Below are positions 12,489 to 27,900 of a stretch of DNA of 64,000 nucleotides, in pieces. The stretch comes from Antedon mediterranea (Eukaryota; Animalia; Echinodermata), in NCBI RefSeq assembly GCF_964355755.1, contig NC_092674.1, positions 9,238,001 through 9,302,000 of the forward strand. The letters are read 5' to 3'. Below the pieces are notes generated by a model, which worked only from the letters and a program-made list of their open reading frames with translations, was not told the origin of the DNA and ran no database searches. Position 1 is the first letter of the stretch. Each line of letters opens with the position of its first letter. Position numbers and translations under genes: made by a program.

Positions 12489-13369
12489 TATCTACAATTT
12501 ATCTTCTTGCATAATAAGTTAAAAAAAATGGGGGTCACCTTCGATCTTGAGGAGCTATAATAGATTAAAAATAGGCATAATTTTGACAATATTTTGTAAC
12601 TTTTTCAACTGAAACGCGTGCAAATGGTATAAATCAACGTGTTCGTATGACGTCATTTTAAATTGAAATGATGTCAATCTTTTTTAAAATGACTAGGAAA
12701 GGCTGTAAAATCATAATTCAAGAGAAGAACACATGATTTTCATGCTCCGTCCGCACCTTTTTACATGCTCAAAATGTCATGATCAGCGTAAAAAGTTGAT
12801 TAGAAATTAATTTTGCGCATTTTGAAATTTTAAATGCGCGTGCGCGCGTAACTTCTTGTGAAACATGCCATTTTTAATCAATAGAAAGTTCGCCCGTGAT
12901 ATGACTTAAATTTTCACCAAGTGTCAATAAAAAATGACTTTTGGTTTATAATCTATGATCAATCATTGAAATTCGTAAAATCGCGCAAGTTGCGGATAAC
13001 CAAAAAGAAAAAAGTATATAAAATGTATATTAATGGATTAATAGATTTAAAGTTAGTAGATAAAATTAAAACAGAAAAGCTAAACAATTATAAAACTCAC
13101 TACAACAAAACAGGCTTAAATTAAGAAACTAATCTTTTGAAATTGTTTAGGGAAAGAGCATTTTGTGTTTATATCAATTTCGTTCCAAATTTTGGCTCCA
13201 TGGTAAGAAAAACACAAACAGTGTATGATTGTCAATGAACTTTAAAACCCCTAATTATTTGACAAATATGTGAAATTGGCAGGGAATGTCTAAAAATCTA
13301 TATTATATTGTAGTTACTAGCAATTTATTTGAAAAGAAGTCTTCTCATTAGTTTGCAAAGTATAGAAAA

Positions 13370-15943
<2,574 letters not shown>

Positions 15944-17964
15944 TCACGTGTGTACTCTCAAGTGCATTTTAAAATTGCTATTCCGTTTAAATTTCTTCCC
16001 ACAATGTTCACATTCATATGGTGTCTCTCCTGTGTGTACTCTCAAGTGCATCTTCAAACTTCCACGTTCTCTGAATTTCTTTCCACAATGTTCACATTCA
16101 TACGGTGTTTCTCCTGTGTGTATTTTCAAATGCGTTTTCAAATTCCCAATTTGTTTAAATTTCTTCCCACAATGTTCACATACATATGGTGTCTCTCCTG
16201 TGTGTACTCTCAAGTGCGTCTTCAAACTTCCACGTTCTCTGAATTTCTTTCCACAATGTTCACATTCATACGGTGTTTCTCCTGTGTGTATTCTCAAATG
16301 CGTTTTCAAATTCCCACTTTGTTTAAATTTCTTCCCACAATGTTCACATTCATATGGTGTTTCTCCTGTGTGTATTCTGAAATGCCTTTTCAAATTCCTA
16401 CTATCTTTAAATTTCGTTCCACAATGTTTACATTCATATGGTGTCTCTTCTGTGTGTTTTCTCAAATGCGTTTTCAAATTCCAATTTGTTTTAAATTTCC
16501 TTCCACAATGTTCACATTCACATGGTTTCTCTCCTGTGTGTATTCTCAAATGCGTTTTCAAATGTACACTCCGTTTAAATTTTTTCCCACAATGTTCACA
16601 TTCATAAGGTGTCTCTCCCGTGTGTACTCTCAAGTGCATTTTAAAATTGCTATTCCGTTTAAATTTCTTCCCACAATGTTCACATTCATATGGTGTCTCT
16701 CCTGTGTGTACTCTCAAGTGCGTCTTCAAACTTCCACGTTCTCTGAATTTCTTTCCACAATGTTCACATTCATACGGTGTTTCTCCTGTGTGTATTCTCA
16801 AATGTGTTTTCAAATTCCCACTTTGTTTAAATTTCTTCCCACAATGTTCACATTCATATGGTGTTTCTCCTGTGTGTATTCTGAAATGCCTTTTCAAATT
16901 CCTACTATCTTTAAATTTCGTTCCACAATGTTTACATTCATATGGTGTCTCTTCTGTGTGTATTCTCAAATGCGTTTTCAAATTCCAGTTTGTTTTAAAT
17001 TTCTTGCCACAATGTTCACATTCACATGGTGTCTCTCCTGTGTGTATTCTCAAATGCGTTTTCAAATGTACACTCCGTTTAAATTTTTTCCCACAATGTT
17101 CACATTCATAAGGTGTCTCTCCCGTGTGTACTCTCAAGTGCATTTTAAAATTGCTATTCCGTTTAAATTTCTTCCCACAATGTTCACATTCATATGGTGT
17201 CTCTCCTGTGTGTACTCTCAAGTGCGTCTTCAAACTTCCACGTTCTCTGAATTTCTTTCCACAATGTTCACATTCATACGGTGTTTCTCCTGTGTGTATT
17301 CTCAAATGCGTTTTCAAACTCCCACTTCGGTTAAATTTCTTTCCACAATGTTCACATTCATATGGTGTCTCTCCTGTGTGTACTCTCAAGTGCGTCTTCA
17401 AACTTCCACTTTCTCTGAATTTCTTTCCACAATGTTCACATTCATACGGTGTTTCTCCTGTGTGTATTCTCAAATGCGTTTTCAAATTCCCACTTTGTTT
17501 AAATTTCTTCCCACAATGTTCACATTCATATGGTGTTTCTCCTGTGTGTATTCTGAAATGCCTTTTCAAATTCCTACTATCTTTAAATTTCGTTCCACAA
17601 TGTTTACATTCATATGGTGTCTCTTCTCTGTGTATTCTCAAATGCGTTTTCAAATTCCAATTTCTTTTAAATTTCTTGCCACAATGTTCAAATTCACATG
17701 GTGCCTCTTCTGTGTTTATTCTCAAATTATTCCCACAATGTTCAGTTTTGTCTTTGTCTATATCTACATCACTCAGTTGTGTTTTAAAATCATCTTCATA
17801 TAACACTGTCTCCTGGTAGTGTTCACATTTTAACTTGTCTGTCCGTGCATGTATTCCTAAATGTACCTTCAAATCACTGAACTCAAATTCATCTCCACAA
17901 TGTTCACATTTATATTTCATGATGTTGGCCTTTCGTTTAATCCTAAATTGTGACAATGTAATAA
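15944..17964 (-). CDS. C2H2 zinc-finger protein, array exon (about 20 tandem fingers plus a solitary upstream finger)
   Basis: 670-aa ORF of repeats [28 protein letters not shown]. A candidate splice acceptor (TTATGCAG) ends at 17965, or translation starts at the ATG near 17920. Ends at an in-linker TGA. Upstream exons were not identified; it may be a pseudogene. Confidence 0.8.
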
Positions 17965-18028
17965 CTGCATAATAATGTATTTACAGATTTTCATATTATT
18001 ATTATTTTGAATAAAAAGCACACAATGT

Positions 18029-19946
18029 ACTCTAGTAGCTAGATCAACTTTTGTATGCACTTTAAGGTCCAGAGAATTTGACTTCAGAAATTGGTTTAGG
18101 GTGGTCAAACAATCATTTTTGGCTTGGTTACACATTTTGAAAATGTGGCGAAAGGTCAAAAGGTCAGGGTGAAAGGTCATAAGACCAAACACCAATATGT
18201 CCTTAAATCTCAACAACCACTGCTCACAGCGAAGTAATTTTGGTCTCAAATTGATCAGAAGGTGTACATTTATATTCAGTCTAATGGGACATTTTAGTAA
18301 AAAATGACCGGAAATGCCATTTCTGACCTTTGACCCACACCTCAGGGCATGTATGTATCTCCGTAACTATTGATCGTAGACACTTAAATTTGGTCTTAAA
18401 TTGTTTGAAATAAATATTTATTATTTGTAGCACATTTTTAAAAATGTTACAAAAGGTCAAAGTCAAAGGTTATATGAACAAATAAAAATAGATACTTGTA
18501 TCTTGGCAACCACTCATCGCATCAAGTCAATTTTAGTCTCAAAATGTTCAGAAGGCATGCTTTCATATTCAATCTAATGGGACATTTTAGTCAAAAATTA
18601 TCAGAAATGCCATTTCTGACCTTTGACCCACATATCATGGCATCTTCATATCTCTGTAAGTACTGGTCATAGAAACTTAAATTTGGTATCAAATTGTTCG
18701 AAATATACATATTTACATTCATTTTAATAGAAAATGTGGTTAAAAGATGAACAGAAATACTATTACTAATGTTTCAAACAAAAAACATATCTCTACATAA
18801 CTTATCCTTAGACAGTAATGTTCTGCAATAACTGATACTTTAAATTGTTTCAATTTCAAGTACTAGTTATTGCTGACCCCAAGAACATTTTGATAGAAAC
18901 GTCAAGCTCAACAGTTCTTTTCAGAATGCTAGAAGTAACTTGCCATGTGTATCCGATTAAACTCCCCGGGCATTTATTGTTCAAAGGGGTTTTTAGGGGC
19001 AGGGGAGGCATCTTTATTTGTGGTATAATATGGTAATATGTATAATCAAATAAATACCACCTTTATATCAAAATGTTCTCATGGACAGCAATAACTAGTA
19101 GGCCTACTTGAAATTGAAACAATTTAAAGTATCATATTGCATAACATTACTGTCTAAGGATAAGTTGTGTAGAGATATGTTTTTTGTTTGAAACATTAGT
19201 AATAGTATTTTCTGTTCATCTTTTAACCACATTTTCTATTACAATGAATTTAAATATGTATATTTCGAACAATTTGATACCAAATTTAAGTTTTTACGAC
19301 CAGTACTTACAGAGATATGAAGATGCCATGGTATGTGGGTCAAAGGTCAGAAATGGCCTTTCTGATCATTTTTTACTAAAATGCCCCATTAGACGGAATA
19401 TAAATGCATGCCTTCTGAACATTTTGAGACCAAAATTGACTTGCTGCGACCAGTGGTTGCCGAGATACAAGTACCTTTATTTATTTGTTTATATAACCCT
19501 TGACCCTGACCCTTTGACGTTTTGTAACATTTTTCAAAATGTTTTTCATATAACAAAATATATATTTCGAACAATTTAAAACCAAATTCAAGTGTCTACG
19601 ACCAGTAGTTACGGAGATAAATACATGCCCTGGGTTGTGGGTCAAAGGTCAGAAATGGCATTTCCGGTCATTTTAAACTAAAATGTCCCATTAGACTGAA
19701 TATAAATGTATACCTTCTGATCAATTTGAGACCAAAATTACTTCGCTGTGACCAGTGGTTGTTCAGATTTAAGGACATATTGGTGTTTGGTCTTATGACC
19801 TTTCACCCTGACCTTTTGACCTTTCGCCACATTTTAAAAATGTGTAACCAAGCCAAAAATGATTGTTTGACCACCCTAAACCAATTTCTGAAGTGAAATT
19901 CTCTGGACCTCAAAGTGCATATGAAAGTTGATCTAGCTACTAGAGT
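18029..19946. mobile_element. 1.9-kb foldback (long-TIR) non-autonomous DNA transposon
   Basis: Arms of about 860 bp (ACTCTAGTAGCTAGATCAACTTT.../...AAAGTTGATCTAGCTACTAGAGT) around a short spacer. AATGT lies on both flanks (18024-18028, 19947-19951). Internal duplicated unit of about 290 bp with TGACCTTTGACC motifs. Confidence 0.88.
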
Positions 19947-20074
19947 AATGTGAACAGTTAACAATAAAAATAACAAATCAACCAACAAAACAATGAGTGA
20001 GATACTATAACGTGTGGCTGGTGGGTCCGCTAAGTACTTGTATTAACGCGTTCCGACTTCAATTGACGAAGTAT

Positions 20075-20277
20075 AAACAAAGATTGTATAAGCGCCGCTA
20101 CGCGGCGCAAGATAGGTAACTGTTGCCAAGCTCCTATTTTTTAACACTACGCGCCCAGTAAATCCATGGACGCCATTCGGGCGGACAGGTTATTATTGGT
20201 GACTACTTCTTCGCATGCAGCTAAAGTAAAATGACGTCACGTTAAAGTGTGTCGTCACAGAGTCTCATGCATATGCA
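20075..20277 (-). promoter_or_regulatory. Promoter-like segment, duplicated in inverted orientation at 34380-34800
   Basis: CpG-richer block with a full CRE (TGACGTCA, 20232-20239), octamer-like ATATGCAAA and YY1-like ATGGCG on the minus strand. Promoter function is inferred only. Confidence 0.4.
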
Positions 20278-21110
20278 AAAGAATGTTTTGTCTCTGCTTC
20301 TTGTGCGCTCATCATGATTTTACAAAATGTTTTCAGAGTGATATTAATGATGGTGCGATCGGTGGTACAGAAAATAATCCGATATTGTTCCTGATAACAA
20401 AGAAGCAGATTAAATATAGTTGTTTATTCGACCCATTTGGCTTAGATGCCTAGGCCTAGACAGACTTTCTATGATACCTACTCCAGGCCCGTAGCCGGCC
20501 AGGGGGAGTTTTTATGGTTCAGGCGAAACCCCACTTTTAGTTTTCCAACTGCGAACCCCCATCCCCGACATGCCCAATACCTCACCCTCATCTCCAAAAA
20601 TCCTCCAAATACGTGCCCCACAGTACAAAAAGTTGTTTGTAAATTGAAAAATTCGTAAACTTGTTCGTGAACCTTCTTCTCTGTATGAGCGTCAACTAGT
20701 GATACGTCGTGTCTGTACATTTCTAAAAGCTGCAAATGAATTGCCGATTTTAACCTGAAAAATAAATGTTTGGTCCCTGCATGTAACATGATATTGACGC
20801 GTCTCATAGCGAGCTGGCGCACGAACGATTCATACAAAGGACACCGCCAGACAACTGCGTATACCTATTGTTTAGATCACTGGCAGTCAGGCAGCATATA
20901 TGCATAAAGTAAAGTATATAGCCTTCCGACGTACATCAGTATTTATGTGTGTGACTATGAAGTATAATGTATCATAGAGGATTATAGTGAATATTAATAT
21001 TTTACACTATAATATCTATGGTATCAAGTACTGTAGTTCACATTATGGCATCCGATTATTTTTTTCTAGACCACCAGCCGATACGTACTAAAATGTATCA
21101 ATATCACATA

Positions 21111-21330
21111 AGCCCCTTTCTCACAGAGTTGTGTGCCAGGAATATTGCGGGAATATACCATTACCATGCCGGTATGGTTTTCTGTGAGAACGGGTCGTCT
21201 TGGCATCATGCCGGTGTAAGATTTAAATCTGTCCGGTGTTTGAAAGTGTCCACTGGACAATTTTCAGCATTGAATATTGTAATACTAGCTGTTGAAAATG
21301 GCCGCAACCACCCGGGCAGCTTTCATCGAT
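21111..21330. mobile_element. PIF/Harbinger-like terminal fragment
   Basis: Starts AGCCCCTTTCTCACAG, the inverse of CTGTGAGAAAGGGGCT at 33492-33507. A diverged inverted copy lies at about 32690-32875. Confidence 0.6.
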
Positions 21331-22424
21331 AAAAAAGTAGGACCATCGAGACATCGACATCATATTAACCCCGTAAAAACTAGGGCACTGGACGTTCACC
21401 AACTCCCGTTAGGGTAATTATAATTCCTTAGAATACCAACTTGAATCGCAAAATATCAAGTGGATTGAAATAAATATTACTATTATTATATCTGGAGACA
21501 TATAGTCTAATCAAATTAAATTGTTTGTTTTTGATTGAGTATATACAACCTGTTGTCAATTTGAAGTAAATCGACAACTTGAAAAATATATAGCCTACTG
21601 TATTATTATTTCGAGGGAATGAATATCACTAAATCATATAGGCATAGGGCCTACCTATTTCGTTATCTCGAAATATTATTTCATTCGAAATTCGAATTAC
21701 TACTTCGCGAGAGAACGAAATAATTTCCCTCGAAATTATTTCGTTCTCTCGATCATCATCATCATCATCATCATCATTCCTTGTCTCGAAGTAGTAATTC
21801 GTTTTTTATATTATTCAGTTCTTGAAATCTTATTTTGTTCTCCCTAAATATATTCGTTCCCTCAAAATATTTTTCAGTTCTCAAAATATTATTTTGTAAT
21901 ATCCATAATACTGCTACTAATTTAATAATATCAACTGATAACAAAAGTTCTTTAAACAAGTAAGTTCGTCATTGTTAAAGTCAGTTCTTTTTCATTATAT
22001 TTTTTTCACAGATGCCTGATTTTTGTTTTTATTTAATAAAACATTGAATTGGTTAGTCACAATATTTGCTTTGTTTCTAGAGACTTTACATTATTTATTT
22101 ATTTATCTAAAATACATTTGAAAAATATTGTTGATGCATATTACCAAAAAATATTTGTTTTTTATATTTTATATGGCAAAATAAACACCTTAATTGCGCA
22201 TCATAATTATTCGTTCACTCAAGGGTATTTCGGTTTTTTGTTTTTTTCGAATATTAGGGTATTTCGTTCCCAATACAAACAGTCCAATACCGTTATACAT
22301 CAAATTCATAGAATAATGGCTTATATTGAAATGAAGCGTTTAAAACGTCTTTGCCACAATGTCTGTACATGCAGCTGAGTTTAAAAAATCGCGGTTGTAT
22401 TTTTGTTTTATATGGACATATAAA

Positions 22425-23400
22425 CATAGAAACCACCAGCTAATACCAGAAATACCAACAGCTTATGTATCAATTTTTAAAATCAACACCAGCTAATTTA
22501 GAACGGTCAGCAGATAATGTAGTAACGAAAATTGCCTCACAGCTAATGTTGAAAATATTGTATAATTTAAAAACCTGTCTACATCATGTGAAAATGCATT
22601 TCTTTACTTACCGGTAGCTATCCATCTATCCACGTCTCGTAAGTGACCAACCAACAACCACTTCTAGTAAGTAACCACCTCTATTGAACGACCACCGTCT
22701 CTGATAATCGCCCACCATCTCTTAACGACCACACCACTCGTCAAGGACGAGCTATTTTAAAGGACCACCACCTCGGCTTCTCATAATCAACCTCATGACG
22801 GACTACCTCTCTTAACGACCACGCCTAAAGTGTCGACCTCTCTATAAAAAAAAAACGTCCACCTCTCCACTGGGACCACTTCTCATAATCGACTACCATC
22901 CGTAACGACCACCTTTCGCAAATTACCACCTCTATTGAGGTGGTCACTTACGGGAGGTGTAGTCGGTAAAAGAAGTGGTCGTCTACGAGCGGTGGTAGTT
23001 TATGAAAAGCAGTCCCTTATGAGAGGAGGTTACCCCTTCAGGAAGTTGTCCATTGTGAGAAGCGGTCCTTTAACAGAGGTAGTCCCTTTTAAATATTAAA
23101 GGTGGTCACTAACAAGGGTAGTTGCTTACGATCAGAGTGCTACGTTTTGAAAGCCGATCACTTACGAGAGGTGGATAGACTGACAGCTAAACTAAGTAGA
23201 GAAATACATTTGCACATGATTTAGACATTTAGGTTTGTAAAATATATAATTATTATTTTATTAGCTGGCGATATTAACTACATCAGCTGTGAGGCAATTT
23301 TCGTTACTTCATTACCTGTTAAGTTGTATATTAGCTAATGTTGATTTTTATTTAATAAATAACTGTTGGTGTTTCTACATTAGCTAGTTCTAGGTTTTAC
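22425..23400. mobile_element. Degenerate foldback DNA element with GACCACCTCT subrepeats
   Basis: Inverted arms, e.g. GTAACGAAAATTGCCTCACAGCT (about 22523) vs AGCTGTGAGGCAATTTTCGTTAC (about 23285). GACCACC repeats switch to GGTGGTC at about 22935. Confidence 0.7.
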
Positions 23401-24292
23401 TACATGGGTGGATTTGACAGTTTCGACGACATTTGCTGCCGTTTTCTACACTAGCGGTTTTGAACAGGGACTAGTGTAAAGGAAATGCCACAAGTTGTGT
23501 TTTTTTATTTTTTTTTATTTATTGTTTTGTGTACTAAAGTGGCAGCATAATCAGTATTTATTTTTACCAGATGTCCAGCAAGGGTAATGTCCCATAACTC
23601 AGGCCACAATTGTCAGGTCAACCTCAAAACAGCGGCTCTCGGGAGATATTAATTACCGGTAGTCGTGTTAACTGTCATCTGTTATTTGTCAGGAGAAGGG
23701 GTGCGAACTTGCCATATCTCAAATTAAGATTACGCTTACCATGAATATGATTTCATTACAAGAATTATATACCACAGTATGTTACGTAATTTAATTCTCT
23801 TATTTTAAAAAATAACTAAATAAATTAGTATATGATTCTAGTATAAGTATTATAAAAAATGTTTCTATTTAATATACAGGGAGCGGGGGTTGCCTCATAG
23901 CCTGAACGGTTTTAATACGAACTTATGTACTATAATATTATTTTACGTAGATTACTATTTAATATTATTTTATTTATTTAACAACATATTTATACAGGAT
24001 TATACACAATCAAGTAGAAATATACTTGTTTTGCATTGTGGTCCTGTCGACAAAAACGGATACAAATTTAAATACAATTTCAATTAATATTATAATATAA
24101 TTTGAGATGAACGTATAATATGTAATAAAGAATAACTATATGATTATATTTTATACTCCTATCTGAATGTGCTATTTATTGTGTAATAGAACGACTGAAG
24201 CGTTTACCAATAAGAGTATCTTCGAAATTTAATTTAATAAATGGCATTTCCCTCCAATAGTTTTTTTCTCTCATTTTTTGTGTACTTGCCAC

Positions 24293-24722
24293 TGTAATAA
24301 ATTACCATTCCCTAACCATGAACATTCTAGAATAAGATGTTTACATTTAAGACATCATGTATAATTAATATAATAACAATCAGGAACATTCCAGTATGCT
24401 ATTAATAGAAACTGTAATCAAATAGAATAAGAAGTATAAAGAATGATATAGAAGGATAGGAACATCTTGTATATAAAGGGATGTAAAACTATTGTCATGT
24501 TGTTGGATATTAGAGGTTGGATATTAGATTGTAAAAGTTATTGTGAAGCTGTTGTTTAAAATGCTTACTGGGTTGTTGAAAGTTGAAGTTGATTGAAATT
24601 AAAGATTTGTTTTTGAGTTATTTTACAACTTTGTGAATTTGGTGTGTATACTTTTATGTCACAAGGGAGTTTCTAAAGTATTTTCAACCGCTCGGAAACA
24701 TACGTAAAAGGAGTTCGTGACA
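24293..24722 (+). mobile_element. Probable solo LTR (430 bp)
   Basis: TGTAA...TGACA ends, flanks GCCAC / TCCAC (5-bp TSD with one mismatch), internal TATATAAA at about 24471 and ATTAAA at about 24598. Confidence 0.6.
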
Positions 24723-24947
24723 TCCACTTAAGGCACAAAGTTTAAATTATAGGCCTACACCTGACAAAACTGTTTGCTCTTTCTTCTAATCGGCAATTGG
24801 TTAAAACAAATGTAGCAAGAAGCTGATTGGCTCAATGTTTGTTCAAAACCTCCTACATTTAAAAAATCATTCACTTTGCTTGCAAAGTTCCAATCACGGT
24901 GTTGTTCGTTACAATCTGCCTTCTTTCTATTTTTACTTATTATCATT

Positions 24948-27900
24948 ATGGCCGATCATGAGTTTGATGCCTTGAGAAACTATCTACAAAACAACGTTTA
25001 TCCTGTAAATTATTCTGAAATATTAAAACGAAGTTTGCGACGGAAAGCCAAGAACTTTACAATTCTTCGTGATATCTTGTATTACAAACAACATTCTGGT
25101 AGATTGTTGCGTGTATTGTTACCGAAAGAAAAAAACGAAGTGTTAAACAGTATCCATAAGCAGGCACATGGTGGTCACTTGGGTGTCAACAAAACGTAAG
25201 TTTAAAGTTTGTCAATTAAATAATATTTAAGCTTCGATAAGTTTCTGGGTGACTTTAAAACTGTTTATATGTTTGGCCAGGTGGAATGCCATCCTGAGAT
25301 GAGTATTAGTAATTAGTACAGCATTGTTTTTAAATGATTTTATACGTAATTTTACTTTCTGTGGACCACAGAATTCGAAACAAATGATTAAATGAATGAA
25401 TTAAATGAATAATAACTAATACTTATCAATTGAAAAATGTATAATGACCGTGTACATTATGAAGTTAGTATTTTATATATAGATTCAAACATATTTTTAT
25501 ACCTCCATGAATGAAAAATATGTTAAGTCGATAATAATTTCTACTCAATATATTATCGCAATTAATTGTATAAATATATTGAAGTTGAACATAAAATATC
25601 ACATGTAAAAAATACAAAACATATATTGGCATTCAATAATTAATCAAAAATGTTCCGAATATGAGCACTGTTTCAATAATTTGACAGATTATTATTATAT
25701 AATTTACACAGTGCTACACAACGCATATATCTTTAGTTCAAAATTAAGATATCTCTTTTAATAAAGATAGATTATTTCAATTGAAAACTAAGATGTCTTA
25801 CTTTTTAAAAGAAATATCTATGTTAATAGATATTTTTTTGTAGGCTTATTACACCTCGAAAAACCAAGAAGAATACAGTACAACTAGCTCTATCTATAAT
25901 AGTAATGTTTTAGTTTTATAACAGTTCATATACGGTACTCTACACGTGCCCACTGCATAACTAACACAGAAAAAAATCCACTTGTGATATTCCGAATGGG
26001 ACAAGAATCTTCCATTCTAAATATCTTGGTAAGTAAGTAATATAGAGATATCCCTCATGAGAGATATCTTAGTTTTAAATAGTGATACAAATACTTCCCG
26101 AATGAAAACTTATTCAGGTCTTGGTATAATAAATATGTTCAATATTAGTTGCTCATTCATAATGCAAAAAGCCATATCAGTATTAACTTTCGTTCATTTA
26201 AAATGTATACTTATGAAAGAAAACACAATTTGACAAAAAAAAAGGTAAGGAAGAAGACTTTTATTATGTAACTTTAAAGTGGATTATTACATTTTTTTTA
26301 GGGAATACTTCTTTAAAAAAAACGCATTTTCAATAACAAAACTAGTTTCCAATCCCCCGGTAATGGAGTAAAACCACCTGCAGCTTATGTAATGAAAAAA
26401 ATTAACACCATGTAGAACGATCAACAACGAATGTAGGAACGAAAATTGCATCCCAGCTAATGTAGGACTATCGCCAGCTAATGTAGAAAATATATATTTT
26501 ACAAACCTAAATGTCTAAATCATGTGCAAATGCATCTGTTTACTTAGCTATCCATCTATCCACGTCTCGTAACCGACCAACTTTCTAAAACGACCACACA
26601 TCGTAAGCAACCAACTCTTTTAAGGGACCGTTTCTCATAATCGACTTCCTCTCTCGTAACGACAACTTTTTTGGGTGACCACCTCTATTAAACGGCCATC
26701 GTCTCTGTTAAGGGATCGCTTCCCATAATCGACCAACTATTGTAAGTGATCACATCCTCTCATTATGGACCGCTTCTCATAATCGACCACCTCTCGTAGT
26801 AAGCGACCACCTCTCTTAACAACCACAACTCTCGTAAGCGACCGCTTTTTATTTTCGACCGCCTCTCGTAAGTGATGATCTCTTTTAGAAGACCACCATA
26901 TCTCTAAATGGACCGCTTCTCATAATATACCAACTCTTGTATAAATCACCTCTCTTAAGTGACCACTTCTAATAAACGACCTCTCTGTTAGGAGACCGCT
27001 TCTCATAATCGATCACATATCGTAAGCGACCACCTCCCTTATCGACCACATCTTTCGTAAGTGACCACCTATTTTAAAGGACCACTACCTCTCGCAATCT
27101 ACCATTGTGGCTCACTAAAAAGTACCCGGTTTCCTTAATAGGGTGTCCTCTACATTTTAAAAATAAATAAATTTAACCAGTATGTAGTGTTAAAACGTAT
27201 ATATTTCCCCTTGTTTATTTTTTAAAAAAAGTGGCGATTTTTATATCTACTCTGTCGCACATTCACCAAGCGTACACAATAATTCTAGTAGGACAATTAA
27301 TTATTTATACTTTTCAAGTTAGTTTTTTATTGCCTGAGTGAATTATTACCAGATTGAGGGCGTAGTTATTTTGTATGGGAGGCTGCACTCAATTTGAAGT
27401 TTATATGGGGGTATTTAGAATGTAAACACGGTACAATCAGGGAGATGTAAATCTCCCTGGTACAATGTGACACGGAATCATCACGGACTGATGGACATTT
27501 TTCATAGAAGGTATCTTTTCCCTTTTCAATATTCATTTATCATTGTCAAATAAAAAAACTAGAAACATAGATAAATATTAAAAGTTAATTAATCAGTTGT
27601 GCCCAGTGCTTGCCTTAAACGAAAAGTTAAAATATATGGAACGCCAAACTGTAATGTTATTATAATGCATTGATGAGAATGGTGATGTGAACTGCGGTAA
27701 TAAATAATAAATAATATTAAAAAACAAAATAAAATTAAAATATTTAAAGAATCCATAATACAGTTTTAAGGTCAATAGTAAACCTACAAAGAGATTGAAT
27801 ATCATCAATACAATAAACACTTTTTTTTTTTTTAACAGTTGGAAAAAGATACGCGAAAGGTATTATTGGAAGGGGTCATTTGATGGTGTTCGTAATTTTA

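Larger units (their letters stand above)
9151..13010 (-). mobile_element. Helentron-associated element (HINE-like), copy B, interrupted by nested Helitrons
   Basis: Terminal hairpin GAACTCGTCA-C-TTTGACGAGTTC next to CTAG at 9151. Subterminal inverted repeats GGTTATCCGC (about 9183) and GCGGATAACC (12992-13001). T-rich minus-strand 5' end. Homologous to copy A on both sides of the 9627-12488 insertion. Confidence 0.7.

Noticed and set aside
15944-20300. Calling the ZNF gene PRDM9
   Set aside because: No KRAB, SSXRD or PR/SET exons were recognisable upstream in the window.
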